DNA from: an uncultured Clostridia bacterium
Lineage (GTDB): Bacteria; Bacillota; DTU014
Direction of reading: 5' to 3'
DNA: 64,000 nucleotides
Assembly: GCA_900016865.1 (NCBI GenBank)
Contig: FIZI01000005.1
Span: 37,895-101,894, forward strand
Made by a program: the position numbers and the translations under genes. Numbering within the stretch: position 1 is the stretch's first letter; the number at the start of each line of letters is the position of its first letter. Below are positions 18,857-28,676 of this stretch, piece after piece. The notes under the pieces are model-generated. The model searched no databases and was not told the origin of the DNA. It saw nothing but the letters and a program-made list of their open reading frames with translations.

Positions 18857-20260
18857 CTACTCGTCCTCTTGGTCCAAACTTCTGAGGACGAGCCCTGTAA
18901 GGAGCTTGGGGTAGAAATACGTTGACTTCTGAGGCATAGTCTCTCCTGCAAGTGCAACCTGCCGCACCTCGTCTACTGACGTCGGGTTCAAGAGGAGCGC
19001 AACCTGACACTGCCCGGAGTCGACTAGTGAAACCGCCTCTCTTAAGCTCCTCGTGTATTTCAGGTTTTTCTGGTGAAGCTGATCCTCGTCGCTTATGTTC
19101 ATGATATGGCCTATAATCACCGAATGAAGGACGCTCACATCCAGTCTGCGCCATGCCTCGCTGCGGCTGGCATCCATGAGTGACTCCACCTTCGAACGAT
19201 CTCTCAACTTCAACAAGTACAACCTGCCGGCTACGTACAACCCAAAGATGGGCGTGTCCGCAGCAGGCTTCACGTCTCCTGACAATGAGTCCAGAAATCG
19301 CTCAGGGGTCATATCCTCTATATCCGCCAACCGCTTGGGATCGGCCTCCTCGACGTCGAACCATTTGGCGCACTCTGCCACGAGCACTGCCGGATCCAAA
19401 TCATTGAGCCCGTGAATGACTCTGTGAGTAGGCAACACAACCAGCCCGGTCCCGTGCATGTTGACCAGCATCATCATTGTATAATCGCTTGGGATCCTCT
19501 GGCTCTCATCAGTCAGGCCGAGCTTCTGCCTTACCTCTCTTTGGTAGTTCAAACTGGTCTCATACCTATGATGGCCGTCGGCAATGAGGATTTGGCTGTC
19601 CTGCATGCCGCGCCTGACCGCCTCAATCGCGCCGCGATCCGATACAGCCCAAATCCGGTTGACTGTGCCCGAGTCATCAAGCACGACTAGGGCCTCCGTG
19701 TTGCTGGCCTGATCCCTCAGCGCCGCCTCAATAGAACCGCTCTCATCGGAGTAAATGCCAAAGATAGGGCTCAGATTGCACCTGGTTGCCCGCATCAACT
19801 GCAACCTGTCCGCTTTTGGCTTAGAAAGGGTTTGCTCGTGCGGCAGTATACCACCCACTCCGAAGTCCTGCAAACCAACAGCTGCTATGAACCCAAAGCG
19901 GGTGTATTGGTTACCTCCGACTTCAAACAGCTGCTCGTAAGCATAGAGGGCCGGCTCGGGATCCCGTCTCAGGATCCCGTCGCAGCGCCACTGTCTCAAG
20001 AGAGCAGCGGCGCGAGTATAGCGGTTGTCAGACTCATCGTCGCTGTCATAAGCCTTTCCGAGCACCAACCGAACGACGTTGTATTCGCAACGGCTGTATA
20101 GCTCCTCCCGCTGCTCGTCTGATATGACGTCATAAGGAGGACATGTAACCAGGCCTAAGCTGCCGACCCTGTCTACGGCGTACCTTAGGCCTGCAAACGG
20201 CTTAACTTCCACCACCGGCCTCACCTTCCATGAATCAATGTCGTCGATGTCGCCCGTCAC
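18857..20260 (-). CDS. DUF1015-family protein
   Basis: 467 aa. The location downstream of serA matches the conserved DUF1015 context. The family call is from memory only. Confidence 0.7.
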   Translation of the reverse strand: MTGDIDDIDSWKVRPVVEVKPFAGLRYAVDRVGSLGLVTCPPYDVISDEQREELYSRCEYNVVRLVLGKAYDSDDESDNRYTRAAALLRQWRCDGILRRDPEPALYAYEQLFEVGGNQYTRFGFIAAVGLQDFGVGGILPHEQTLSKPKADRLQLMRATRCNLSPIFGIYSDESGSIEAALRDQASNTEALVVLDDSGTVNRIWAVSDRGAIEAVRRGMQDSQILIADGHHRYETSLNYQREVRQKLGLTDESQRIPSDYTMMMLVNMHGTGLVVLPTHRVIHGLNDLDPAVLVAECAKWFDVEEADPKRLADIEDMTPERFLDSLSGDVKPAADTPIFGLYVAGRLYLLKLRDRSKVESLMDASRSEAWRRLDVSVLHSVIIGHIMNISDEDQLHQKNLKYTRSLREAVSLVDSGQCQVALLLNPTSVDEVRQVALAGETMPQKSTYFYPKLLTGLVLRSLDQEDE

Positions 20261-21837
20261 AGGCGCACGTAATAAACGTCCAGTACCCCGTCAACTGTCT
20301 TAATCGCATCTAGAGACTGCCTGGAAGGCAAGCCGTCGATTCCGAGCAACATGACAGCCTGCCCGCCGATCTCCCTGCGGCCGACGTGCATAGCTGCAAT
20401 GTTTATCTTCTCCCTCCCAAGTAGTTGACCCACGGCGCCTATCACGCCAGGCTGGTCGATGTGAGGGATCAACAGCATGTCGCCGTGCGGTGCGAAGTCC
20501 ATGCGGTAGCCGTCCACCTCGATAATGCGCATCTCTGACCCGGCGTACACAGTTCCCGATATGCTGCGGCTCTTCTCCTTGCCGACTGCTCTAGTGCGAA
20601 TAGCCGGCGGCACCCCCTTGTGGTTCTTGCTCTTGGTCTCTGAAACCCGTATTCCGCGAGATCTGGCAATCAACGGAGCGTTGACAATAGTCACATGGTC
20701 CTCAGTTACCGATGACAGGAATCCCTGAAGCAAGTAATTCGTGACAGGGCTGACATCGAGGTCGGCCAGTTCTCCTGTATACTCGATCTCAACCGCCTCC
20801 AAGCTTCCTCTGCAAGTCGCCCCAAGGAACGCACCGAGCCTCGAAGCAAGCGACAGATAAGGCTTGAGATGGTCGTATGTCTCTGGGTCGATGCTTGGGA
20901 GATTGACTGCATTTCTGAACGACTGGCCCTTGAGGACATTGATCACCTGTCTTGCAGCATCGATCGCCACATTGTCTTGGGCCTCCTCTGTAGAAGCTCC
21001 CAGGTGCGGCGTCAGAACGACGTTGTCCAGCGCTAGCAATTCGCTCGAGGTGGGGGGCTCGTTTTCGTAGACGTCGAGAGCTGCAGCAGCCACAGTTCCG
21101 CTCTTGAGTGCCTCTATTAGCGCAGCCTCGTCTATGATTCCCCCTCTAGCGCAGTTGACTATCCTCACCCCGGGCTTCACAAGGCCCAACCTGCGCGCGT
21201 CTATGAGCCCGCGGGTCTGCTCGTTGAGTGGCGTGTGGACAGTGATGAAGTCTGACTGTCTGCACAGATCGTCCAGATCAGCCAATTTGACCTTGAGCGG
21301 ACGGGTCACATCTGCAGAAATGAACGGATCATACCCGATTACTTCCATACCGAGGCCGACAGCGGCCTTGACGACTTCCATGCCAACTCTACCGAGCCCG
21401 ATGACTCCCAAGACCTTGCCTCGGACCTCTACTCCAATGAACCTCTTTCGATCCCACTTGCCTTGCTTCATGCTCATGTGGGCTTGAGGAATATTGCGCG
21501 CCATGGCGAGAAGCATGGCGATAGTATGCTCTGCAGTAGATGCGCTGTTGCCGCCGGGGGTATTCACTACGATTATCCCGCGTTTGGTGGCGGCATCCAG
21601 ATCGATGTTATCAACACCTACACCCGCGCGGCCTATGACCTTTAAGCTGGTAGCGGCTTCAATGACGTCGGCTGTGACTTTGGTAGCGCTTCTGACGATC
21701 AGCGCGTCGTACTTGGGTATCTCGGCTATCAGCTCTTCTGGAGAGAGTTTCGTATTGACTACGACCTCCATACCCTCTTCGGCCCGAAGCAATGCAAGTC
21801 CCTTTTCGGACAGCGAATCACTGACTAGAACTCGCAT
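20257..21837 (-). CDS. serA: D-3-phosphoglycerate dehydrogenase with C-terminal ACT domain
   Basis: VIGLGRVGMEV NAD-binding motif, catalytic RGG..D.. pattern, ~526 aa long form. Confidence 0.9.
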   Translation of the reverse strand: MRVLVSDSLSEKGLALLRAEEGMEVVVNTKLSPEELIAEIPKYDALIVRSATKVTADVIEAATSLKVIGRAGVGVDNIDLDAATKRGIIVVNTPGGNSASTAEHTIAMLLAMARNIPQAHMSMKQGKWDRKRFIGVEVRGKVLGVIGLGRVGMEVVKAAVGLGMEVIGYDPFISADVTRPLKVKLADLDDLCRQSDFITVHTPLNEQTRGLIDARRLGLVKPGVRIVNCARGGIIDEAALIEALKSGTVAAAALDVYENEPPTSSELLALDNVVLTPHLGASTEEAQDNVAIDAARQVINVLKGQSFRNAVNLPSIDPETYDHLKPYLSLASRLGAFLGATCRGSLEAVEIEYTGELADLDVSPVTNYLLQGFLSSVTEDHVTIVNAPLIARSRGIRVSETKSKNHKGVPPAIRTRAVGKEKSRSISGTVYAGSEMRIIEVDGYRMDFAPHGDMLLIPHIDQPGVIGAVGQLLGREKINIAAMHVGRREIGGQAVMLLGIDGLPSRQSLDAIKTVDGVLDVYYVRL

Positions 21838-23006
21838 TTGCTCATCACCTCCATAGCTGCCTTGACACCCGCTCCGATCTCGATCGGACGTCCGAGATCG
21901 TTCAGAGCCAGCTCAACAGCAGCCCATGTCGACACCATGTCGATCCTGTCCATATATCCCATGTGGCCGATTCTAAAGATGACGCCCTTCAGCTCGGACT
22001 GGCCTCCTGCCACCTCTATGTTGTACACCGTAGCCAGGCGCTTTCGCAGCTTCTCTACATCGAATGTCGAATCGCCCCTGATCGCTGTTATTGTTCGCGA
22101 AGCCACTTCATCCGAAGCAAAAAGCTCCAGACCGGTTGCTCTCGCAGCTGCTCGGATCATATCTCGCATGTCCTGATGCCTACGGTAAACATTCTCAAGC
22201 CCTTCTTCTTCGATCATAGCCGTCGTCTGATCGAGAGCGTAGAACATGCTGACAGCGGGAGTAAACGGAGTCGTCTCCTTGTCCATGTTTTTCCTGCAGG
22301 CTATGAGGTCGAAGTAATACCGAGGACTTCGGCACTTCTCAATCACCGACCATGCCTTTTCAGAGACACCTATGACTGCAAGCCCGGGCGGGAGCATCAA
22401 GGCTTTCTGAGAACCAGCTGCGACTATGTCAACGCCCCAGTCGTCCATTCTCATCTCGATGGCTCCAAGCGAACTGACCGCATCTACGATCAGGAGGGCG
22501 TCTGTATCTCTGACTATTCTCGCAACAGACTCGACGTCGTGCTCTACTCCTGTAGACGTCTCGTTCTGCGTGATGAACACAGCTCGAGTCTCCGGTGCGG
22601 CCTTCAGCGCCTGCTCTACTGCAGCCGGGTCCACAGCCTTCCCGGGTTCTACGACTATCTCCTCGACCTCGGCGCCAAAGGCTCTGCAAAGCTCGGACCA
22701 GCGTTCGCCAAACTTGCCGCCTACCACGACGATCACTTTGTCCGAAGCTGAGACCGTGTTGGCTACTGCAGCCTCCATGGCCCCCGTTCCTGACGAGGCA
22801 AATGTGTACACGTCCGCTTTGGTCCCTAGAATTCGCTTGAGGCGTTCAGTCGTCCGCATGAGGATCGATGAAAACTCCTCTGTCCTGTGTCCCATCAGGG
22901 GTCTGCTCAAGGCCCTCAACGCTTGTGGAGGCACTGGGGTTGGCCCTGGGATTCTCAATTCTCGCTTCTCTCGAAACACGCTTCTCATTCCTCCCAACAA
23001 ACACAT
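21825..23006 (-). CDS. class V aminotransferase (serine-pyruvate/phosphoserine aminotransferase type)
   Basis: PGPTPVP at the N-terminus and a class-V PLP fold pattern. It overlaps serA by 13 nt. Confidence 0.8.
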   Translation of the reverse strand: MCLLGGMRSVFREKRELRIPGPTPVPPQALRALSRPLMGHRTEEFSSILMRTTERLKRILGTKADVYTFASSGTGAMEAAVANTVSASDKVIVVVGGKFGERWSELCRAFGAEVEEIVVEPGKAVDPAAVEQALKAAPETRAVFITQNETSTGVEHDVESVARIVRDTDALLIVDAVSSLGAIEMRMDDWGVDIVAAGSQKALMLPPGLAVIGVSEKAWSVIEKCRSPRYYFDLIACRKNMDKETTPFTPAVSMFYALDQTTAMIEEEGLENVYRRHQDMRDMIRAAARATGLELFASDEVASRTITAIRGDSTFDVEKLRKRLATVYNIEVAGGQSELKGVIFRIGHMGYMDRIDMVSTWAAVELALNDLGRPIEIGAGVKAAMEVMSKCEF

Positions 23007-23188
23007 AGATAAGCGAAAGGAGCTTCGACCGCCTCAAGACGTAAGAAGCTCCCGCGTAACCAATATGGTCTTGCCCGAACTCGCCTTATAAAAGAGCTCG
23101 CAGCGATACCCATCGCACGCGGCAACGGGCCGGTCTCGGACCGCATTGTTTCAGTTTGCTACCATACTACAGGACTCTAAACTGCTTG

Positions 23189-23779
23189 TCAATCCAACCA
23201 GATGATACGGCCTCGCTTCCGAACTGCGACCACTCTGCCTAGGATCTCAGATAGAGGTCGAGGGCCGACATCCTTGAAGCTGCTGTCAGGCCCTTCTGAC
23301 GGGTCGTTCGCAAGCAAATACACACAGCCTTCGGGCACAACACCCTCCTGGGTGACGCTGGTATGAGCCCCTAAGCTGCTGCTTCTGACTGGAATCGGAT
23401 CGCCCGCGACCGCCGCTACCTTTCGAACTACCAGGCGCCTTTCCTCGTCTGCAGACGTATCCTCGTCGTCCTCTGAGCTGTCTACTCTGTCCGAATCCGG
23501 ATCCTCAGAAGATGAGCCTTCGGCAGCTTCGGGCGCCCCAACTGATGCAACATCCCAGCTGGCGCACTTAATCGAGGCGACAACTATATCTCCCGTTTTG
23601 ACCGGGCGGTCTGTATCTCCCGTATCAGCTGCGACTATATCGCCTGCCTTGAGTTCGGGCGCCATAGCGTTGTTCGACATTTTGAAGGTTGTGATAGACA
23701 AGCCGCTCTTGAGCGCTATGCTCAGTCGCAGGCGCAGGCACAGCCAAACAAGGAACCTGTATTTCCGGCTAGTCTCCAT
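23189..23779 (-). CDS. S24/S26-clan (SipW/Sec11- or LexA-like) peptidase homolog with acidic Ser/Asp/Glu-rich insertion
   Basis: The N-terminal hydrophobic anchor is followed by NNAMAPELKAGDIV, which aligns to the SGSMEPxxxxGDIL box B/C. A 30-aa insert is AEGSSSEDPDSDRVDSSEDDEDTSADEE. Confidence 0.55.
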   Translation of the reverse strand: METSRKYRFLVWLCLRLRLSIALKSGLSITTFKMSNNAMAPELKAGDIVAADTGDTDRPVKTGDIVVASIKCASWDVASVGAPEAAEGSSSEDPDSDRVDSSEDDEDTSADEERRLVVRKVAAVAGDPIPVRSSSLGAHTSVTQEGVVPEGCVYLLANDPSEGPDSSFKDVGPRPLSEILGRVVAVRKRGRIIWLD

Positions 23780-23845
23780 TTATACTTTCGCTCCAGTGCA
23801 CAGATAGACACAGGGCCGGCAGAACCGGCCCGAAGTCAGCGGAAA

Positions 23846-25918
23846 TCAGCCTTCTCGCTCTTTCTTGGCTTCCTCAATCACTTTCTCTGCGATGTGATCC
23901 GGAACCTCTTCGTAGTCGTGGAACTCCATAGTGAAGTCTCCGCGAGCTTGGGTCATAGAGCGCAAATCAATGGCATACCGATACATCTCGGCAAGCGGAG
24001 CCATAGCCTTGATCACTTGGTATTCCCCGTCTGGTTCCATGCCGAGGATGCGACCCCTACGCTTGTTCATATCGCCCATGACATCGCCCATGTATGCTTC
24101 CGGAACCCGGATCTCGACATACATGACAGGCTCAAGAAGAACGGGCCTAGCAGTCTCCAATGCCTTCTTGATCGCTAACGAGGTGGCTATCTTAAACGCC
24201 ATTTCAGATGAGTCGACTGCGTGATAAGATCCATCCAACAATGTCACACGGACATTGACCATGGGGAATCCCGCATAGGGGCCTTCAGCAAAGGTCTCTT
24301 GAGCGCCCTTCTCGACAGCAGGGATGTAGTTTTTGGGCACTGCTCCTCCGAATATCTTGTCTACGAACTCGAACTCCTGGTCCTGGAGCGGCTCGATCTC
24401 GAGGATCACATGCCCGTACTGGCCTCTGCCTCCGGTCTGTTTCTTGTGTTTGCCCTCACCCTGCGCCTTTGCCCTTATGGTCTCTCTGTATGGGACCTTC
24501 GGCGAGCGCAACTCTATGTCTGCTCCAAACTTCTTCTTCAGGCGGGCCTTGACGATCTCGATGTGCAGTTCGCCCATACCGGAGATGAGAAGCTCTCTCG
24601 TCTCGGTGCTTCGCTCTACAGTAACAGTGGGGTCTTCCTCTGTAAGTCTGGCGAGACCGGACGCGATCTTGTCTTCGTCGCCCTTGGCGAGCGGGTAAGC
24701 AGCGAGAGTCAGTTTGGGTTTGGGGAACTCTATAGGAGGAAAGACCACCGCTGCGGATTTGTCCGCCAGTGTATCTGCTGTGGTCGTCTCATCAAGCTTG
24801 CCTACAGCAGCAATGTCGCCAGCGACCACTTCTTGGACCGGTATCTGCTCTTTGCCGAATGTCAAGAAGACCTGGCCAACTCTCTCTTCGACTCGCTTGG
24901 TCGCATTGAACACTGTGGAGTCGGACTTCAATGTCCCTGAGAACACTTTAAACAATGAAAGCTTGCCGACATAGGGGTCAGCCATGGTCTTGAAGACCAG
25001 TGCGCTAAACGGCCCTTCAGAGGATACTGGCCGCGAGATCTCGTCCTCGGTCCCTGGCTTCAGCCCAGTTGCCTCTCCCATTTGGTCCGGAGACGGACAG
25101 TATCCGGCAATGAAGTCAAGAAGCGTGGCTACTCCTACTGCTGAATGCGAAGAACCACACAGGACCGGCACCAACCTGCGCTTGAGAATCCCGTCCTTGA
25201 CTCCTGCTCGGACCTCTTCGGCAGTAAGCTCCTCGCCCTCGAGATATTTCATCAGTGCCTCATCATCATACTCTGCCGCCGCCTCAAGCAGAGGAGCCCT
25301 GTGCTCTTCGACCAGATCGGCCATATCTGCAGGGATCTCTGTCTCTTTGACGTTCTTTCCGTCAAATACATATGCTTTGAGCTCCACCAGGTCAACTACG
25401 CCCTTGAAGTCGGACTGAGACCCTATAGGCAGTTGAACTGCAGTGACTCTGTTGCCAAAGAGCTCGCGCATACGTGAGTACACCTTGTAGAAGTCCGCAT
25501 TCTCCCTGTCCATCTTGTTGACAAAGACCATCTGCGGGAGCTCCCGCTGATCAGCGAGCCTGTAGGTGCTCTCCGTCCCAACCTCTACTCCGGAGACGGC
25601 ACACACGACTGAGAGAGCACAGTCTGCAGCCCTGAGTCCGCTGACAACCTCACCTACAAAGTCCGTGTATCCTGGAGTGTCAATGATATTGACCTTTATA
25701 TCTTTCCATTCACAGGGGACGACCGAGGCGTTGATCGAAATCTGCCTCTTGACTTCCTCGGGATCGTGGTCAGACAGGGTGTTGCCTTCCTCGACCCTTC
25801 CCATCCTGGTCGTTTTGCCGCTCACATAGACCATGGCCTCAGTCAGAGTAGTCTTGCCGCACCCGCCATGACCAATCAGCCCGATGTTTCGAAGCTGTCC
25901 GGTCCCATACGTTTTCAA
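23846..25918 (-). CDS. elongation factor G paralog (EF-G2-like translational GTPase)
   Basis: Full five-domain EF-G architecture and length (690 aa). G1 is GHGGCGKTT, G3 is DTPGY and G4 is NKMD. The TTG start is preceded by GGGGAGG. Confidence 0.85.
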   Translation of the reverse strand: MKTYGTGQLRNIGLIGHGGCGKTTLTEAMVYVSGKTTRMGRVEEGNTLSDHDPEEVKRQISINASVVPCEWKDIKVNIIDTPGYTDFVGEVVSGLRAADCALSVVCAVSGVEVGTESTYRLADQRELPQMVFVNKMDRENADFYKVYSRMRELFGNRVTAVQLPIGSQSDFKGVVDLVELKAYVFDGKNVKETEIPADMADLVEEHRAPLLEAAAEYDDEALMKYLEGEELTAEEVRAGVKDGILKRRLVPVLCGSSHSAVGVATLLDFIAGYCPSPDQMGEATGLKPGTEDEISRPVSSEGPFSALVFKTMADPYVGKLSLFKVFSGTLKSDSTVFNATKRVEERVGQVFLTFGKEQIPVQEVVAGDIAAVGKLDETTTADTLADKSAAVVFPPIEFPKPKLTLAAYPLAKGDEDKIASGLARLTEEDPTVTVERSTETRELLISGMGELHIEIVKARLKKKFGADIELRSPKVPYRETIRAKAQGEGKHKKQTGGRGQYGHVILEIEPLQDQEFEFVDKIFGGAVPKNYIPAVEKGAQETFAEGPYAGFPMVNVRVTLLDGSYHAVDSSEMAFKIATSLAIKKALETARPVLLEPVMYVEIRVPEAYMGDVMGDMNKRRGRILGMEPDGEYQVIKAMAPLAEMYRYAIDLRSMTQARGDFTMEFHDYEEVPDHIAEKVIEEAKKEREG

Positions 25919-25969
25919 ACAGATCGCCTCCCCAGCACGACTCGTATCCTAGTTCAAACTCACCTTTAT

Positions 25970-25998
25970 ATTCTACACATAACTATAGCTGATTTCAA
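25970..25998 (-). promoter_or_regulatory. promoter for EF-G paralog (TTGAAA-17-TAGAAT)
   Basis: Minus strand TTGAAA (25993-25998 rc), a 17-nt spacer and TAGAAT (25970-25975 rc), ~50 nt upstream of the start. Confidence 0.45.
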
Positions 25999-26075
25999 CA
26001 AGCCTCGGTTGCTCAGCGGGCTATATCTCACGGATTCGCAATCTCTTGGGGCTTCGCATGCAAAAAGCCCGTAGG

Positions 26076-28361
26076 TCAGCCGCACCTCGAGTACCCGCAG
26101 CAAATGCACGTAGCGCACCCGTCCTGATAGACTACATGCCCGCCGCAGTCAGGACACGCTCCAACGTGATTATCCAGATCGCTCAGGCCGTTTCCCTTCT
26201 TTACTGACGAATCGCTCGAAGCAGCAGGCTCTGCCGTGCTTGACTGCTCGTCAGACGTATTTCTAAAGCCTACTTGCTCCAGCACTCTTCCAATTGCATC
26301 AGGACACGAGTAGATGACTTGCCCGTTGTGCCAAGCCGACGAAGGACAGCGTATCCCCTTGAGATGGTGAATGATAGCCTCTGTGCTGATGCCGCTCCTT
26401 AGGGCAAGAGATATCAAACGGCTTATGGCTTCGGACTGCGCGGACGCGCACCCGCCGGACTTCCCAATCGAGGTGAAAACCTCACAGAGTCCGCACTCGT
26501 CTTGATTGACTGTGACATACACGTTTCCACAGCCGGTCTTGACCTTGACCGTCTGCCCGTAGGTCACGGCAGGCCTATCCCGCGGAATCCTGGCAACTGC
26601 GCCGGCTTCGCTGCCGGGCTGCTCAAGCTCAGCGTCCTTTGAGTCGGACTTCCTCTGAACGGACAGCACCTGGGATTCACGACTGCCGTCTCTGTATACT
26701 GTAACTCCCTTGCACCCGAGCTTGTAAGCCTCGACCAGCACTTCTTTGACGTCCTCTCTCGTTGCACTGTTCGGTAGGTTGACAGTCTTTGATACCGCGT
26801 TGTCCGTGGCCTCCTGAAACGCAGCCTGGATTCTCACGTGTTCAAGAGGTGTGATGTCATGGGCTGTGACAAAGATCCTTTGGACGTCCTCAGGTATCTC
26901 GTCGATTCCGACCACAGTCCCATGAGAAGCAACGGTCTGCATCAGCTCGGGCGTATAGAAGCCCCGCTCCCTAGCTACCTGCTCAAAGAGGGGATTGACC
27001 TCTATCAACCGGTCGTTGTCCATGACATTGCGCACAAAGCAAACAGCGAACAACGGCTCGATACCACTCGAACACCCAGCTATTATGCTGATCGTACCCG
27101 TCGGTGCGATCGTCGTAAGGGTTGCATTCCTAAGGCAAGGCACCTTGTCTGCATAGACGCTGTCTTCAAATGCAGGGAAGCTCCCGCGCTCCTCTGCGAG
27201 GGAAATCGATGCCTCCTCGGCTCGCGCTCTTATAAACTTAACGATCTGCCTGGCCGTGTCCACTGCAGCGTCAGAGTTGTACGGAATGCCAAGCCGGATC
27301 AACATATCTGCAAAGCCCATCACTCCGAGGCCGATCTTTCGCGTGAGTTTGGTCATGCGCTCAATCTCAGGCAGCGGATAGCGGTTGGCGTCAATGACAT
27401 TGTCCAAAAACCGGACTGCCGACCGCACTGTCGTGCCAAGCAAGTCCCAGTCTATCTCATAGCCGGCTTCACCGCGCTTGAGCATACGGCTAAGGTTGAT
27501 AGATCCCAGATTGCAGCTCTCGTTTGGCAGCAGGGGCTGTTCCCCGCAAGGATTTGTGCTCTCGATCTCCCCAAGCTTTGGCGTAGGGTTCGCATCATTG
27601 ATGCGGTCGATAAAGACGATGCCCGGCTCGCCGTTGCGCCATGCCGAATCGACTATGAGGTCAAACACCTCTCTCGCCCTGAGCGATCCGGTGATCTCAC
27701 CTGTCCGCGGATTTATCAGGTCGTACTCCTCGTCATCCTCAACTGCATTCATGAAATCCTCGGTCAGCGCAACCGATATGTTGAAGTTGGTCAGCTCGTC
27801 GTTGTCCTCCTTTGCCCGGATGAACTCCAGGATGTCCGGGTGGTCGACGCGAAGTATACCCATATTGGCTCCGCGTCTTGTACCTCCCTGCTTGACAGCG
27901 CTGGTGGCAGCGTTGAAGACTTTCATGAAGGAGACCGGGCCGCTTGCTACCCCACCAGTAGAAAGGACCTGGTCGTTCTTTGGCCTGAGTCTGGAAAAAG
28001 AAAACCCTGTACCCCCACCACTCTTGTGAATCAGGGCCGCGTTCTTGATCGCATCGAATATTGCCTCCATCGAGTCCTCGACGGGCAGTACGAAGCAAGC
28101 ACTGAGCTGCTGCAGGTCGCGTCCGGCGTTCATGAGAGTGGGCGAATTCGGCAAAAACTGCAAATTCACCATCATCTCATACCATGTTTGTTCCCAAGCA
28201 GCCGCTGTCTCCTTACTCGCTCCGTAGATCTCGGTCTCAACCTCTGCGATGTTGCGAGCGACTCTGCGAAACATGTCCTCAGGCGTCTCTACCACCCTAC
28301 CATTCTCTTTGCGAAGATAGCGTCTCTCAAGGACAATCCGAGCGTTCGCTGTCAACTCCAT
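26076..28361 (-). CDS. nrdJ: adenosylcobalamin-dependent (class II) ribonucleotide reductase with C-terminal Zn finger
   Basis: RNR class II core and a C-terminal CPDCGGHVVYQDGCATCICCGY motif. The ATG at 28361 (MELTANARIVLERRYL) has a GGGAGG SD; the track start 28586 adds 75 non-homologous residues. Confidence 0.9.
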   Translation of the reverse strand: MELTANARIVLERRYLRKENGRVVETPEDMFRRVARNIAEVETEIYGASKETAAAWEQTWYEMMVNLQFLPNSPTLMNAGRDLQQLSACFVLPVEDSMEAIFDAIKNAALIHKSGGGTGFSFSRLRPKNDQVLSTGGVASGPVSFMKVFNAATSAVKQGGTRRGANMGILRVDHPDILEFIRAKEDNDELTNFNISVALTEDFMNAVEDDEEYDLINPRTGEITGSLRAREVFDLIVDSAWRNGEPGIVFIDRINDANPTPKLGEIESTNPCGEQPLLPNESCNLGSINLSRMLKRGEAGYEIDWDLLGTTVRSAVRFLDNVIDANRYPLPEIERMTKLTRKIGLGVMGFADMLIRLGIPYNSDAAVDTARQIVKFIRARAEEASISLAEERGSFPAFEDSVYADKVPCLRNATLTTIAPTGTISIIAGCSSGIEPLFAVCFVRNVMDNDRLIEVNPLFEQVARERGFYTPELMQTVASHGTVVGIDEIPEDVQRIFVTAHDITPLEHVRIQAAFQEATDNAVSKTVNLPNSATREDVKEVLVEAYKLGCKGVTVYRDGSRESQVLSVQRKSDSKDAELEQPGSEAGAVARIPRDRPAVTYGQTVKVKTGCGNVYVTVNQDECGLCEVFTSIGKSGGCASAQSEAISRLISLALRSGISTEAIIHHLKGIRCPSSAWHNGQVIYSCPDAIGRVLEQVGFRNTSDEQSSTAEPAASSDSSVKKGNGLSDLDNHVGACPDCGGHVVYQDGCATCICCGYSRCG

Positions 28362-28454
28362 AAAGCCAGCCTCCCAATAAGAACAATAAGATACCAAATC
28401 TCCTTCAAGCGGGCAAACTAACACAGAAACAGTCAGATAAAGAAAGATGAAAAG

Positions 28455-28502
28455 CGGTGTCAAATCACAATATGTAGTGTCTCGGTTTAGTGTATCATAC
28501 AA
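28455..28502. promoter_or_regulatory. tandem NrdR boxes in nrdJ promoter
   Basis: tcacaatatgtagtgt (28455-28470, 14/16 match to acaCwAtATaTwGtgt) and the perfect palindrome atacaacatgttgtat (28487-28502). Centres are 32 bp apart. Confidence 0.55.
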
Positions 28503-28630
28503 CATGTTGTATATAAAGAAACCCAAAGGGCGATGATTGGGGGTTTGAGCCCGGTGATCCGATTTACTGTCGCTTTTCCGCCTCAAGGTGTACAGCAGAT
28601 GGACGACTGCTGCTTGACAACTGTCTCAAC

Positions 28631-28676
28631 AAAAAAATCCCTGCGAAGGCACCTAAAGCCGATCGCAGGGATTTTG
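28631..28676 (-). terminator. lon intrinsic terminator (bidirectional hairpin)
   Basis: A7 then ATCCCTGCGA, a 15-nt loop, TCGCAGGGAT and T4. On the minus strand the stem is followed by UUUUUUU. Confidence 0.7.

Noticed and set aside
28362-28586. N-terminal 75 codons of the track nrdJ ORF
   Set aside because: No homology to the RNR N-terminus. The region contains NrdR boxes and the promoter. A GGGAGG SD precedes the internal ATG.
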